From a virus (Duplodnaviria; Caudoviricetes), in IMG/VR virus record IMGVR_UViG_3300014656_006067, positions 1 to 41,154 of that record: a stretch of 41,154 nt of DNA; one strand, written 5' to 3'. The translations under genes and the position numbers were made by a program. Position 1 is the first letter of the stretch. The number at the start of each line of letters is the position of its first letter. This document shows positions 16,250 through 25,069 of the stretch, one piece after another. The notes under the pieces are model-generated. The model did not search any database. It was not told the origin of the DNA and was given only the letters and a program-made list of their open reading frames with translations.

Positions 16250-16671
16250 GCCACACCTCCCTCGCCGCCGAACTTGGCGGCCAGCAGTTCCAGGCGTCTG
16301 GCCCGCTGCCGGTCCAAGTCACCCTGCATCGAGCCAAGCACCCCATGTGTGCCGACGCCGACCGCGGCCACCCTGTTGGCCTCAGCGTTCTGGTCGCCGA
16401 CCATATCGTTGCGCTCGTCAAAGATGCTCTGGGAAAGGTCAAGCCTGCGCTGCGCGAGGTCCAGGCTCTTGTCCCTGGCCTTCTGGCGCCACCCGGCTTC
16501 CATGGCCTGCATCTCCTTCTGGGCCTGCTCCCCGGCCATGGCCCGATCCGCCCATGCCGTGTTGACCACCGCCCGCTGATTCGGGGAGGCGGTCATCAGC
16601 TTCTGCAACAACCTCTGGTATTTGGGCAGTTGGGTGTAGTCCATGCCCGACTCGCCGAATGCTTCGCTCAT
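16246..16671 (-). CDS. Hypothetical virion protein (helical)
   Basis: 141 aa; ATGA overlaps on both sides. Confidence 0.65.
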   Translation of the reverse strand: MSEAFGESGMDYTQLPKYQRLLQKLMTASPNQRAVVNTAWADRAMAGEQAQKEMQAMEAGWRQKARDKSLDLAQRRLDLSQSIFDERNDMVGDQNAEANRVAAVGVGTHGVLGSMQGDLDRQRARRLELLAAKFGGEGGVA

Positions 16672-16979
16672 CGCCCTCTGCCTCCGTTTCCGTTGCAGAT
16701 CCTCAAGCCCCGCCGCTGGTGCTTGGAAATATTGCCGCCCCGGGCCGTGCTGATCCTGGCCGCGACCTCGCGGGCCAGAGCTGGGTCCAGGCCCTGCACG
16801 TTGACTCTCTGTTTTCCCTTTTCAAGCAATTCCCGAATCTGATCCTCAGTTGGGAGATCCGGCAGCTCAAAGGCCTTCACGCGCCGCTGCACCTCGGCCT
16901 CGATGGCCGCTTCAACGTCCGCATCGGAACGAGGGGCAGCAGTGGCTTCTTCCAGGGCCTTGGTCCAATCGTTGGTCAT
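16668..16979 (-). CDS. Hypothetical protein
   Basis: 103 aa; GGAG RBS; coupled to the next gene. Confidence 0.6.
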   Translation of the reverse strand: MTNDWTKALEEATAAPRSDADVEAAIEAEVQRRVKAFELPDLPTEDQIRELLEKGKQRVNVQGLDPALAREVAARISTARGGNISKHQRRGLRICNGNGGRGR

Positions 16980-17018
16980 GGGTTGTCTCCGCTCAGTTCC
17001 ATGTCTGATTACCTCGCG

Positions 17019-19286
17019 TTAGACTGCGTTGGAGTAGGCACCGGGCTGCTTGGCCCAGGCACACACCAGATAGTTGTAGGCACCGTTAATTACGTTGGAG
17101 GCGTCCCTGACCTTCCTTCCCTGAGCCACAAAATCAGCGAGATATGTCGCCCCCGTATAAGGGGCGTCAACCTGGCTCGGATATATCGTGGTCTTAGTCG
17201 CCTTGTTCTGTGGGTCAAGCGCGGTGCTTTGGAGAATCCAGCTTCCAGTCAGGTTTGTGGCCTTATTAAGCACTGCCCCAGGATTGAACCTAAAGTTATC
17301 GAACACACCATCGGCATTGGCGTTCCCAGCCCTAATCAAGAACTTACTGAACCCAGGAATACTCTTGAAGAAGTACGCCTGAAACAAGTCAGTGCCCGCG
17401 GCCATATTGAACGTAACCGACGCTGCACCAACATTGGTGACGATGCCTGTACCGTCGAAGGCTGCGGCGGTTGAGTTGAGCTTAAGCAAATACCCGGATG
17501 CGAGGTCTTTGTGCCACACATACCAATCTGGAGCGGCACCAGATGCACCAGACAACCACCTGAACAGAATCATGTCGGGGCTGCCACCAAGGTCATGATT
17601 CACAACAACCGGGGTACTCCCGTTGCTGTTGAACTGGGCCATGTCGAACCCGTACTTGCGCCCACGCTTGAGGGCCAAGCCGTGGCAGGTCGTGCCCAGG
17701 TGGTTGAGCATATTGCTGGCGTCCACCCCAATAGTACCGGGCCCAAACGTAACCCCGCCAGCCGCTTGCGCGGTAGCAGCACATGTGTTCAGCCAGTACC
17801 CAGGCCGCAACGAGTCGCAGATGCCTCGGTAGTAGTCCGCGCCTTGTGCGACCAGCGGGTTGTACAGCAGGAAGTCCGGCTGGAAGTCCTTGCCTGTGTC
17901 AACGTCATGGGCCACCCCTGTGCCAACCCACTTGAAGGCTGCGATGCCGTCACCGGGCCACACCTCGGGAGAACCTTGCAGTTGGTTGGTAGTGACTTCA
18001 AACCCAGAAGGCTTATACTCCATTTCATCTTCTGTGCGAAGGTGGTAGTTGGTATACGATGTAACATCACCATCACCTACAGCTACCCGGAATGAATCTC
18101 CTACTATAGGGTATTCCCCTTGGGATACTCCATTTTTAGTAAACACTACTGTAAGGGCGTCCATATCCACAGCAATACCGATCACGTCCTGATTAGTGCT
18201 GCCCCATGTGGCAAGGCCCGTTGCGATAGAGGCGTTATTGTTTGCTACAGTCCCGTCCCACCCGGCGTAACCCCAACTTCCTGCAGTAGTTCCGGGCCAA
18301 GTACCAGAGAAGCCGTCTTCGATAATACCACAACAGGCATAATCAGCACTGTAATTTGAAATAGCTTGAATTTCTGTGTACTGCTTCCCCTTAGTAATTG
18401 CAGCTGTGAGTGCCGGACCACCGTAGCCTGCACCGCTGGAAGTCAGCGCTCTACCGTTAGCTGTTACAGTGCCTATGGGTACGAGTGGATTACCAAGTGA
18501 CTGTGTGCTCGTCGGCGTATCGTTCGACTGCGTGACACCAGTGCCAACAACAGACAAGTCATTACCGTTACCGCTAGAGTCCTCCCCCAGGTTGCTCGCA
18601 TTAGCGAACTTGTAGTACCCTCCTTCTGTCCCGTGTCCACCCGTGTACATTCTCGGTACACAGATTCCGTCCTGCTGATCTGTTACATCATCCACAGTAA
18701 GAGCCAAACCATCGACAACATGTACCTCAGCCATGGCGCACTGCGAAGCTGTACCATAGCCAGACGCAAGCCAACGTCTTCCGAGAAACACGCTATTACC
18801 TGCTGCGTGTAACGCACGGAATGCGGCCAGACTACCGGGGTCCAGTGACGTTGCAAGGTCCGTAACTCGCTGCCCATTGATGAATATCTGCATCCTGTCA
18901 GCAGCCGTAGAGAGGTTGGAGTCATATACCATCAACCCATGCTGCCAGCCAGTGGGGTCACGCAAGAGCGCATTAGATATCTTCTGCCCCTGAATTGTAC
19001 CAGAGCTCATATTGTACCCTTGGAGTTGGGCCGTCGAGACAATATGCAAAAGTGACATGTTAGATTTATCGACACCACCAGCAAACAATGGATAGTCAAC
19101 AGACGCCACTTGGTACACGCGGAACCAAAGTGATATGGTTGCTTGCTTTGTAGTGTAGCAGTCCCCGTTACCAACTAACGTGCGTGACAGGTACGATATA
19201 CCATCCACAAACTGGAGTGAATGCTCAATGTTGTACGGGTAGCGGAAGCCCGATGGCAGGGAACGACAGAGCATGGGCCACATCAT
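17019..19286 (-). CDS. Tail fibre/receptor-binding protein (755 aa): LamG-like domain, SPRY-like domain and three C-terminal beta repeats
   Basis: Start reassigned to ATG 19286 (ATGA overlap); TISLWFR...WQH...IFINGQ (LamG-like); GKQYTEI...DVIGIAVDMD...FTKNG (SPRY-like); repeats GTG...FQPDF, SNG...GSPDM, GNA...FNPGA; codon usage richer in A/T. Confidence 0.75.
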   Translation of the reverse strand: MMWPMLCRSLPSGFRYPYNIEHSLQFVDGISYLSRTLVGNGDCYTTKQATISLWFRVYQVASVDYPLFAGGVDKSNMSLLHIVSTAQLQGYNMSSGTIQGQKISNALLRDPTGWQHGLMVYDSNLSTAADRMQIFINGQRVTDLATSLDPGSLAAFRALHAAGNSVFLGRRWLASGYGTASQCAMAEVHVVDGLALTVDDVTDQQDGICVPRMYTGGHGTEGGYYKFANASNLGEDSSGNGNDLSVVGTGVTQSNDTPTSTQSLGNPLVPIGTVTANGRALTSSGAGYGGPALTAAITKGKQYTEIQAISNYSADYACCGIIEDGFSGTWPGTTAGSWGYAGWDGTVANNNASIATGLATWGSTNQDVIGIAVDMDALTVVFTKNGVSQGEYPIVGDSFRVAVGDGDVTSYTNYHLRTEDEMEYKPSGFEVTTNQLQGSPEVWPGDGIAAFKWVGTGVAHDVDTGKDFQPDFLLYNPLVAQGADYYRGICDSLRPGYWLNTCAATAQAAGGVTFGPGTIGVDASNMLNHLGTTCHGLALKRGRKYGFDMAQFNSNGSTPVVVNHDLGGSPDMILFRWLSGASGAAPDWYVWHKDLASGYLLKLNSTAAAFDGTGIVTNVGAASVTFNMAAGTDLFQAYFFKSIPGFSKFLIRAGNANADGVFDNFRFNPGAVLNKATNLTGSWILQSTALDPQNKATKTTIYPSQVDAPYTGATYLADFVAQGRKVRDASNVINGAYNYLVCAWAKQPGAYSNAV

Positions 19287-19870
19287 GCTGCAGCCTCCCA
19301 GCCAGTCCCGGCCAGCAGATTCGTGCCATCGTAGTAGCAATGGATCATGGTGCGCACACTGAGGTCCGGCTCCCCGGCGCTCCCCCAGTCCCACAAGTCG
19401 CCCCATGCGGTAACAGCGTGCCCATCAGGGTCCAGGACCAGCAGATAGTCGGTCCCGGCCACCATGTTCGTCGGGTTGGCTATGGTGCAGTCGTCAGTGA
19501 GGGTCAGCTCGAGGATCTGCGCTGCGGCCACGTTCCAGGCGTAGGATGTCGCCCCGGTATCCGTGGCCCTGGCCGGGCGCTGCTGGGCGGTCCAGACGCC
19601 AGCCGCCGCAAACTGGGCGAACAGGGCAAGATCGGTCGTGTCGCACTTTGCGGCCCAAATCCACCGCTTGTCACCGGCGTTCGCGTCCGGGCTGATCACG
19701 GCCGGGGAGTCTTCGGCCAGCCCGCTGTCGGCCTTGAGCAGGTAGACATAGAGCCCGCTGTCAGTGAAGACCAGGGCCCCGTCGCCGTCGTTCAAGTTGT
19801 CCCCGGCTATCTTGTCCAGGGCGTTGTCGGTTCCCCCGGTCAACGCGCCCATGCGGTAAAGTTTACTCAT
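19283..19870 (-). CDS. Tail fibre N-terminal/connector-type protein (195 aa)
   Basis: Start reassigned to ATG 19870 (ATGA overlap with nozzle gene); ALTGG...LDKI...ISPD...GDKRW N-terminus; beta-rich C-terminus. Confidence 0.6.
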   Translation of the reverse strand: MSKLYRMGALTGGTDNALDKIAGDNLNDGDGALVFTDSGLYVYLLKADSGLAEDSPAVISPDANAGDKRWIWAAKCDTTDLALFAQFAAAGVWTAQQRPARATDTGATSYAWNVAAAQILELTLTDDCTIANPTNMVAGTDYLLVLDPDGHAVTAWGDLWDWGSAGEPDLSVRTMIHCYYDGTNLLAGTGWEAAA

Positions 19871-22440
19871 CTGCTTACCCTCACTTCCTGGTAGAGATAT
19901 CCGAAGGCGATTGGCTGGAACCCCATCGGCGTGTCTTTGGTCTTCAAGCTGAAACGGAAACGGTGTGACCTGGCCTGCAGGTTCAGCTCCTGGTTGCCCT
20001 CTGCGATAACCCCGGCCGTCCCATCCAGGCCCAGGCTCAACCTGATCTGTTCGCCGGGTACCGTGGTGAACCAACTGTCCTCGGAATCCTCGAACCAACT
20101 CTCCTCGGAGTCCTCGAACCACGGCAGGCCGGAATCAACGGTATTGGGGATGTGGATGACGGAAAGGGTATGCTCCTCGCTGATCTTGCGGGCGATGATC
20201 TTCATGTGCCGGAGCAACGTCTCCATGTAGACGTTGTTGTCCGGCCAGAAATCGCCGGTCTCGCAGATCTGCCAGATGTATGCCCCGTCAAAGCTGGTGC
20301 CGTAGTCCAACCGCAGCAGCCGCCCGGTATCGACACCGCCGTAGCAGTGCCTGCGGCCATGGTTGTCCAACACGGTGAACCCGCATTGGAGCATCAGCGC
20401 GCCTGTGGCTACCGGGTCCTTGCGAAGCCACTTCTTGCGCACCAGGTCATAGACCACCCAGAGGTCGCACTCCGTGCTCTGAGCCGTGGGCAGCAGCAAG
20501 TTGTACTCCTTGTAGAGCGCGTCGTACCAACCCCTGGCGTTGGCGATGGCCCCGAAATTCACGCACTTGTCGGTCTCGCTCGGGTCGAAGTAGATCTCCA
20601 GGCCCTTGAGCGGGTACAGGACCGCGCCGTCAAACATGTAGGGGCCAGAGAACGACAGCCACATGGCCACATTGCGGGTCACACCCTCAGTCAGTTCAAA
20701 CCCGGCCTCGGCCGCCACCAGGGTCAGCGGCGCAGGGCATCCGACGGTCTTGGAGATGGTGTAGAGCTGGTAGTTTTCCGGGCTCTCGCCGTTCAGTAGG
20801 TGAGTCTCACTATCCTTCAGCGCAAGGAGGGTGTCGTAGATGTTCGAGCCGAAGCGGTTGAAGATGCTCACCGCACCGCGCAGTTCGGCGGCGCCACCCA
20901 CATACATGGTCTGTTCGCCGAGCATGGAGGAGAGGTCGCCGTTGAAAACATCCGGGGCGTTGGGCATGGAGTAGTCCAGGCGATTGCGCTCCGTGCTATC
21001 GGGCCGGTCGAACAGCATCAGCGCGCCCTTGTAGTCGGCGGCGAAGGTATAGGCCGGGACACTGAGCTGGGCCGGGATGCCGTTTACAAGGTCAACGCTG
21101 GTGCCGTCGTTCTCGGTGTCTGCGGTCAGGGTCCCGGAGAATGTCAGCTTGTAGCAGTAACCGGTGCTGCCAAACAGATGCTGGGCATGTTCGCTGCCCT
21201 CATCCGGAGGATTCCAGCTCACCACACCTGTCTGCCCCAGGGTCGCCCCGCCCACCGCCGTACCGTCGCTCAGGCCTGTGACGGCTTCAAAAGAGTCGCC
21301 ATCCCAGTACTTGACCGTCATCACCGATGCCGTGGCGTTGCGGTTGTCGGCGTTCATCTTGACCCTGAAGCCGCTCATCCGTTCCGGGAACTGCAGAATC
21401 AGATGGTCGGAGCTGGTCAGCCCCCCGATCAGCGCGCAGATGGGATAGTAGACCGAACTCTCCTCGTTGACCTCCAGGGTGTAGTCCTCATACTTCGAGG
21501 AGCGCGAGGCCTGGAACTGCGTACAGGTCCGGTAGACTCCATCCCAAACATCCACCAGGGGCTGCATAGGCATGTCCGTGGTGACGTGCGAGATGCTGGC
21601 CGAACCTGCGGACAAGGTGATCATGTAGGCGTAGAAATAGAGCCCTTCAAAATGCTTAGGCTTAGCCGTACCCACAGTGCTGGTCCAGCTCACGTCTCCG
21701 TCCTGGGCCAGGGCCACGCCTGCGGACGTGGTGCCATCGCTCAGGCCGCTCGCATCGGTCCATGCGGTCCCGGACCAGTATTTGGCACTCAGGGTCGAGG
21801 CGGTGCTGTTCGCGGTCTCCACGCTCAAGCCAATGCCCTGGAGCGGTCTGGTGCTGAATACCAGCATGATGGGATAGGTCGCGGCGTTGAGGGCGATGAG
21901 ATCCTTGCTGCCGACCAGGGTGTTGTTGGCGGCCTCGGTCCTGTCCTTGGGCGATGTCAGGCTGGAGTCCTTGACCACAAACACGGCGGCGCAACGGAAC
22001 TTGTCACCGGCCCAAATCAGGGTTTCCACCCCGTTGGAGTAGACCATCTGCCCACCGGCCACTTCGGAGAAGCGCCCCACCCCGGCCCCGGCGGCATCGG
22101 TGTGCACGGCCACAGCCGTGAACTCTGCGGGCACCGGCGCTGCGGCCTGCATCACAAACACCTTGGATGCGGTCAGGCCCGCGTTCCAGGCCTGGACAAA
22201 GATATACTCGTCCCCATTGGCGGTGCGCAGTTGGAAGCCGTTGCGGATCATCGTGAACTCGTCCGGCAGCACGTCCTCGTTGATGCGCGTGTAGCCCAGC
22301 ACCCCTTTGAGCGACGGATCGCCATAACGGACGTTGCGCAACTCGCAGTAGTTGTCCGGGCCGATCAGGCTGGGCGGCTTGGAGGGCTCCCACGCACCGC
22401 CAAACAGATGCTGCTTGGCCTTGTCCTGCACGTCGGGCAT
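19867..22440 (-). CDS. Tail nozzle/head-closure protein (P22 gp10/T7 gp12-like position) with a duplicated inserted beta domain
   Basis: 857 aa, beta-rich; follows the adaptor genes; TVGCPAP and WVVYDLVRKKW propeller-type segments. Confidence 0.65.
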   Translation of the reverse strand: MPDVQDKAKQHLFGGAWEPSKPPSLIGPDNYCELRNVRYGDPSLKGVLGYTRINEDVLPDEFTMIRNGFQLRTANGDEYIFVQAWNAGLTASKVFVMQAAAPVPAEFTAVAVHTDAAGAGVGRFSEVAGGQMVYSNGVETLIWAGDKFRCAAVFVVKDSSLTSPKDRTEAANNTLVGSKDLIALNAATYPIMLVFSTRPLQGIGLSVETANSTASTLSAKYWSGTAWTDASGLSDGTTSAGVALAQDGDVSWTSTVGTAKPKHFEGLYFYAYMITLSAGSASISHVTTDMPMQPLVDVWDGVYRTCTQFQASRSSKYEDYTLEVNEESSVYYPICALIGGLTSSDHLILQFPERMSGFRVKMNADNRNATASVMTVKYWDGDSFEAVTGLSDGTAVGGATLGQTGVVSWNPPDEGSEHAQHLFGSTGYCYKLTFSGTLTADTENDGTSVDLVNGIPAQLSVPAYTFAADYKGALMLFDRPDSTERNRLDYSMPNAPDVFNGDLSSMLGEQTMYVGGAAELRGAVSIFNRFGSNIYDTLLALKDSETHLLNGESPENYQLYTISKTVGCPAPLTLVAAEAGFELTEGVTRNVAMWLSFSGPYMFDGAVLYPLKGLEIYFDPSETDKCVNFGAIANARGWYDALYKEYNLLLPTAQSTECDLWVVYDLVRKKWLRKDPVATGALMLQCGFTVLDNHGRRHCYGGVDTGRLLRLDYGTSFDGAYIWQICETGDFWPDNNVYMETLLRHMKIIARKISEEHTLSVIHIPNTVDSGLPWFEDSEESWFEDSEDSWFTTVPGEQIRLSLGLDGTAGVIAEGNQELNLQARSHRFRFSLKTKDTPMGFQPIAFGYLYQEVRVSR
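20068..20121. repeat. 24-nt tandem repeat (about 2.25 copies) encoding WFEDSEES/WFEDSEDS/WF
   Basis: gaaccaact(g/c)tcctcgga(a/g)tcctc twice plus a partial copy. Confidence 0.85.
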
Positions 22441-23081
22441 CAGTCGTCCACCTCGGACTCGCCGAAATCAATGCGGTAGCGCTGGATCACGGCGTCAAAC
22501 AGCGACATGTGCCGGTCTCCCTCGCTGTATTTGCGGTCCTTGTACTTGGCGCGGGCGGTCACGAACTCGATCAGGGACGATTCGTAAATCTCCGGCAATG
22601 GGATCAGGTCCGTGACGGCGGTCATGGCCGTGGGCAGTTCGGCCAGGTAGACCTTGACCTTCTTGTCCACGGAGTCGTCGCCCTCGGCCGGAACCGGGTA
22701 GACACCTATATGCCCGTCAAACAGGTAGTATTCGACGGGCTCCCCGGCGAACTCCGCATCCGTGTTGCCGACGCGCCACGGGCCGCCCTTTTTCAATCCC
22801 TTTGCTGAATTGTAGATTGCGGCCACATCCACGGCATATCTGAGTGACAAACTCAGCGGATATTCAAGCTGCCCGGCCACAAGCGTGATCTCCGCCGTGG
22901 TGCCCATGCACAGGGTCTGTGTGGCAATGTCCTTGGCCCCGAGGTTGGCCCAATACATCAGGTCGTCGTTCGTCCAGAACGCGGCGGACACCTCGTTGAG
23001 GTTCGAGCGGACCCTGGTGAACAGATCCCCCAGGGTCATGGAACTCATGGACTGGGTGCCGGGAAGTACGTGGTCGCTCAT
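22440..23081 (-). CDS. Head-tail adaptor-like protein (213 aa; DUF6682-like)
   Basis: Start reassigned to 23081 (TGATG overlap); MTLGDLFTRVRSNLNE...FWTNDDLMYWAN, IGVYPVP and LPEIYESSLIEFV adaptor-type pattern. Confidence 0.7.
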   Translation of the reverse strand: MSDHVLPGTQSMSSMTLGDLFTRVRSNLNEVSAAFWTNDDLMYWANLGAKDIATQTLCMGTTAEITLVAGQLEYPLSLSLRYAVDVAAIYNSAKGLKKGGPWRVGNTDAEFAGEPVEYYLFDGHIGVYPVPAEGDDSVDKKVKVYLAELPTAMTAVTDLIPLPEIYESSLIEFVTARAKYKDRKYSEGDRHMSLFDAVIQRYRIDFGESEVDD

Positions 23082-23941
23082 CACAATGCCCCGATGCCGC
23101 CCGTCTTGGGCAACTGGTGGTTCAGGTGGGTGGCCATGGTGATGCCCTGGATAGCGCCGAGCACCCGCTTCCATTCGGCGGCGTAGTACTGGCGCTGTTT
23201 GAGCACGTCCTCGTAGTTGGAGTCTTCGGGCTTGGGAATGCGGATCAGGTTCATGACCGGCCAGGCCACGAGCCCGGCGTGGTACTCCTCGGGGATGTCG
23301 TCGATGCTGCTGGGGCTGTAGGTGTGCTCCAGAAGCAGGTCGTTCTCGAACCCGATGTCATCCACCACGATCTGCTTGGACCGCACGAACCAGCGCGAGT
23401 CGTCATCCAAGCTGGAATGGCTGGGCGGGATCTGGGCCAGGGGGATGTGCTGGTCGTCTCCACTGCCCGGCCATTTCGCCACAAGCCCGCCGCTGGTGTA
23501 GTCGTAGCCTTCGCCGAGCCCGGCGCTGCCCGTCAGGCTGAACGAGTCATCACTGACCACGGTGATCTTCCATGTCCCGTTGGCCGCGGTGTTGCCGAGC
23601 ACCCCGGCGATAAACACGATGTCGTCGGTACTCAGTCCATGCCCGACAGCCGTGATCACGATGGGGCTGGCGTTGGTGGCGCCGGTGATGGCCTTGGCCC
23701 TGGTTCTGATGTCCCACACGCGCAGGATCGTCTGGCAATCGCTGGGGCGGGCGAACACGTTGGTGTAGGAGGACAGCAGGGCGCTCTTCTCGAAGTACCT
23801 GCTGTCCCGGCCCTTGATCTCCAGGCCAAGCGCCCGCACGGCATCCGCAATCCAGGTGCTGATGCTGGCGTTGGAGACGGTCTTCGGCTGCGGTTCGATG
23901 ATCCCGTTGCGGATGGCCTGGATGAGCTGGGCTTCGGTCAC
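23081..23941 (-). CDS. Second adaptor-like protein with an inserted beta-rich module (E1 FCCH-like)
   Basis: MTEAQLIQAIR...ISTWIADA and IPEEYHAGLV frame an ITGATNASPIVITAVGHGL...NGTWKITV...FSL insert. Confidence 0.6.
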   Translation of the reverse strand: MTEAQLIQAIRNGIIEPQPKTVSNASISTWIADAVRALGLEIKGRDSRYFEKSALLSSYTNVFARPSDCQTILRVWDIRTRAKAITGATNASPIVITAVGHGLSTDDIVFIAGVLGNTAANGTWKITVVSDDSFSLTGSAGLGEGYDYTSGGLVAKWPGSGDDQHIPLAQIPPSHSSLDDDSRWFVRSKQIVVDDIGFENDLLLEHTYSPSSIDDIPEEYHAGLVAWPVMNLIRIPKPEDSNYEDVLKQRQYYAAEWKRVLGAIQGITMATHLNHQLPKTGGIGAL

Positions 23942-23944
23942 GGC

Positions 23945-24403
23945 TTAACCCTCGGCCTGCTCGGCCTTGAACTTCTCGTAGTGGGCCATGATGGTCTCAG
24001 CCTTCTTGACGTTGGCGGGCAGTTTGTAGCCGCCGGCTTCCATCTCGGCCATGGCCTCCTCGGGCGAAATGGCGTCGGAGTCGGCGGGTAGGGTGTCGTT
24101 GCCCTCGGTTCCGGCCAGGGTCTCGCCGCCCTGCGGGGTGTCGGTGCCTTCCTTTGTCTGCTTAAGGGCCACAGCATTCTCAGCTATGGCCCCGGAAAAC
24201 TGGCTACTCTCGTCGGTGATAATCTCGCCTTCGTGGAGGCGGAAGGAACCGGGGCTGCGGGCCAAAAGTTTCTTGGCGTCGGTGTAGCTCACGTCGCAGA
24301 CCATCCCCCTCTGGGGCAGGAACTCGTACTTCTTCGTGAGGTCCGGGCGGTCGAGCACCAGATCTTTCTTCTTGCCGATGTACTTGATCTTCACGTTGGA
24401 CAT
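23945..24403 (-). CDS. Hypothetical head-associated protein
   Basis: 152 aa; GGAGAGG RBS; N-terminal KIKYIG beta motif and acidic linker. Confidence 0.7.
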   Translation of the reverse strand: MSNVKIKYIGKKKDLVLDRPDLTKKYEFLPQRGMVCDVSYTDAKKLLARSPGSFRLHEGEIITDESSQFSGAIAENAVALKQTKEGTDTPQGGETLAGTEGNDTLPADSDAISPEEAMAEMEAGGYKLPANVKKAETIMAHYEKFKAEQAEG

Positions 24404-24423
24404 TCCATCCTCTCCTTGGGGTT

Positions 24424-24451
24424 AAAACCGGGGCGGATGTTCCGCCCCGGG
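24424..24451 (-). terminator. Rho-independent terminator after the capsid genes
   Basis: Minus strand CCGGGGCGGA-ACA-TCCGCCCCGG followed by TTTT. Confidence 0.7.
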
Positions 24452-24476
24452 AAACGGTTCTCTATGGTCGGCGCCA

Positions 24477-25004
24477 TCAGTCGAAAGCGTCGGACTCGTC
24501 GGTGATGAACCCGTCAACCATCTTGTAGTAGACGTCCACGGACACGACGGCCGCGATGGGGAAGGTCCCCCCAAGGATCTTGGCGTCGATGGTGTCTTTG
24601 GCCGTGTAGATGTAGTGCAGGGCCGTGCTGGCCGCGTCGTCCAAGAAAGATGAGTTGGTGGCCGAGGTGGCGACAATGCCGTCAAAGAAACGGTCCACAT
24701 TGTCGCCGTCGCCAACGTCAACGGTGCGGTCGACTCCGAGGGCGCTCACATGGAGGACAACATCCAGGACCATGGCCCCTTTGGGGATGGGCACCATCTC
24801 GATCACGGAGTTCGCGTCCAGGGCTGCGGCGGCCGTGTAGGTGGCGCTGCGGCAAAGCACCACGCCTGCCGGAACACCGGAAGTAAAGGACATGTCGGAG
24901 ATCACAGCGCCAGTCTGCACGGTTACGGCTGCCGCATTGGAGCTGACAGCCGTTCCGAGCATCAAGGCCAGAATGGTCATGAGACAAATCAGAATGCGCT
25001 TCAT
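24477..25004 (-). CDS. Capsid decoration/cement-like beta-sandwich protein with an apparent Sec signal peptide (175 aa)
   Basis: AAGGGAG RBS before ATG 25004; MKRILICLMTILALMLGTAVSSNA; mature part VIEMVPIPKGAMVLDV...TVDVGD...DRFFDG; immediately after the major capsid gene. Confidence 0.65.
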   Translation of the reverse strand: MKRILICLMTILALMLGTAVSSNAAAVTVQTGAVISDMSFTSGVPAGVVLCRSATYTAAAALDANSVIEMVPIPKGAMVLDVVLHVSALGVDRTVDVGDGDNVDRFFDGIVATSATNSSFLDDAASTALHYIYTAKDTIDAKILGGTFPIAAVVSVDVYYKMVDGFITDESDAFD

Positions 25005-25023
25005 AGCTTGGTTCTCCCTTTGG

Positions 25024-25060
25024 GAACCGGGCCGGAGAATCACGCCTCCGGCCCGGGTTC
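25024..25060. other. Strong intergenic stem-loop just after the capsid stop codon
   Basis: GAACC-GGGCCGGAG...CTCCGGCCC-G-GGTTC inverted repeat with no U-tract. Confidence 0.6.
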
Positions 25061-25069
25061 ATGGTTCAT

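Noticed and set aside
17019-19286. Diversity-generating retroelement or invertible tail-fibre cassette
   Set aside because: No reverse transcriptase, invertase, template/variable repeat pair or inverted fibre copy seen in the window
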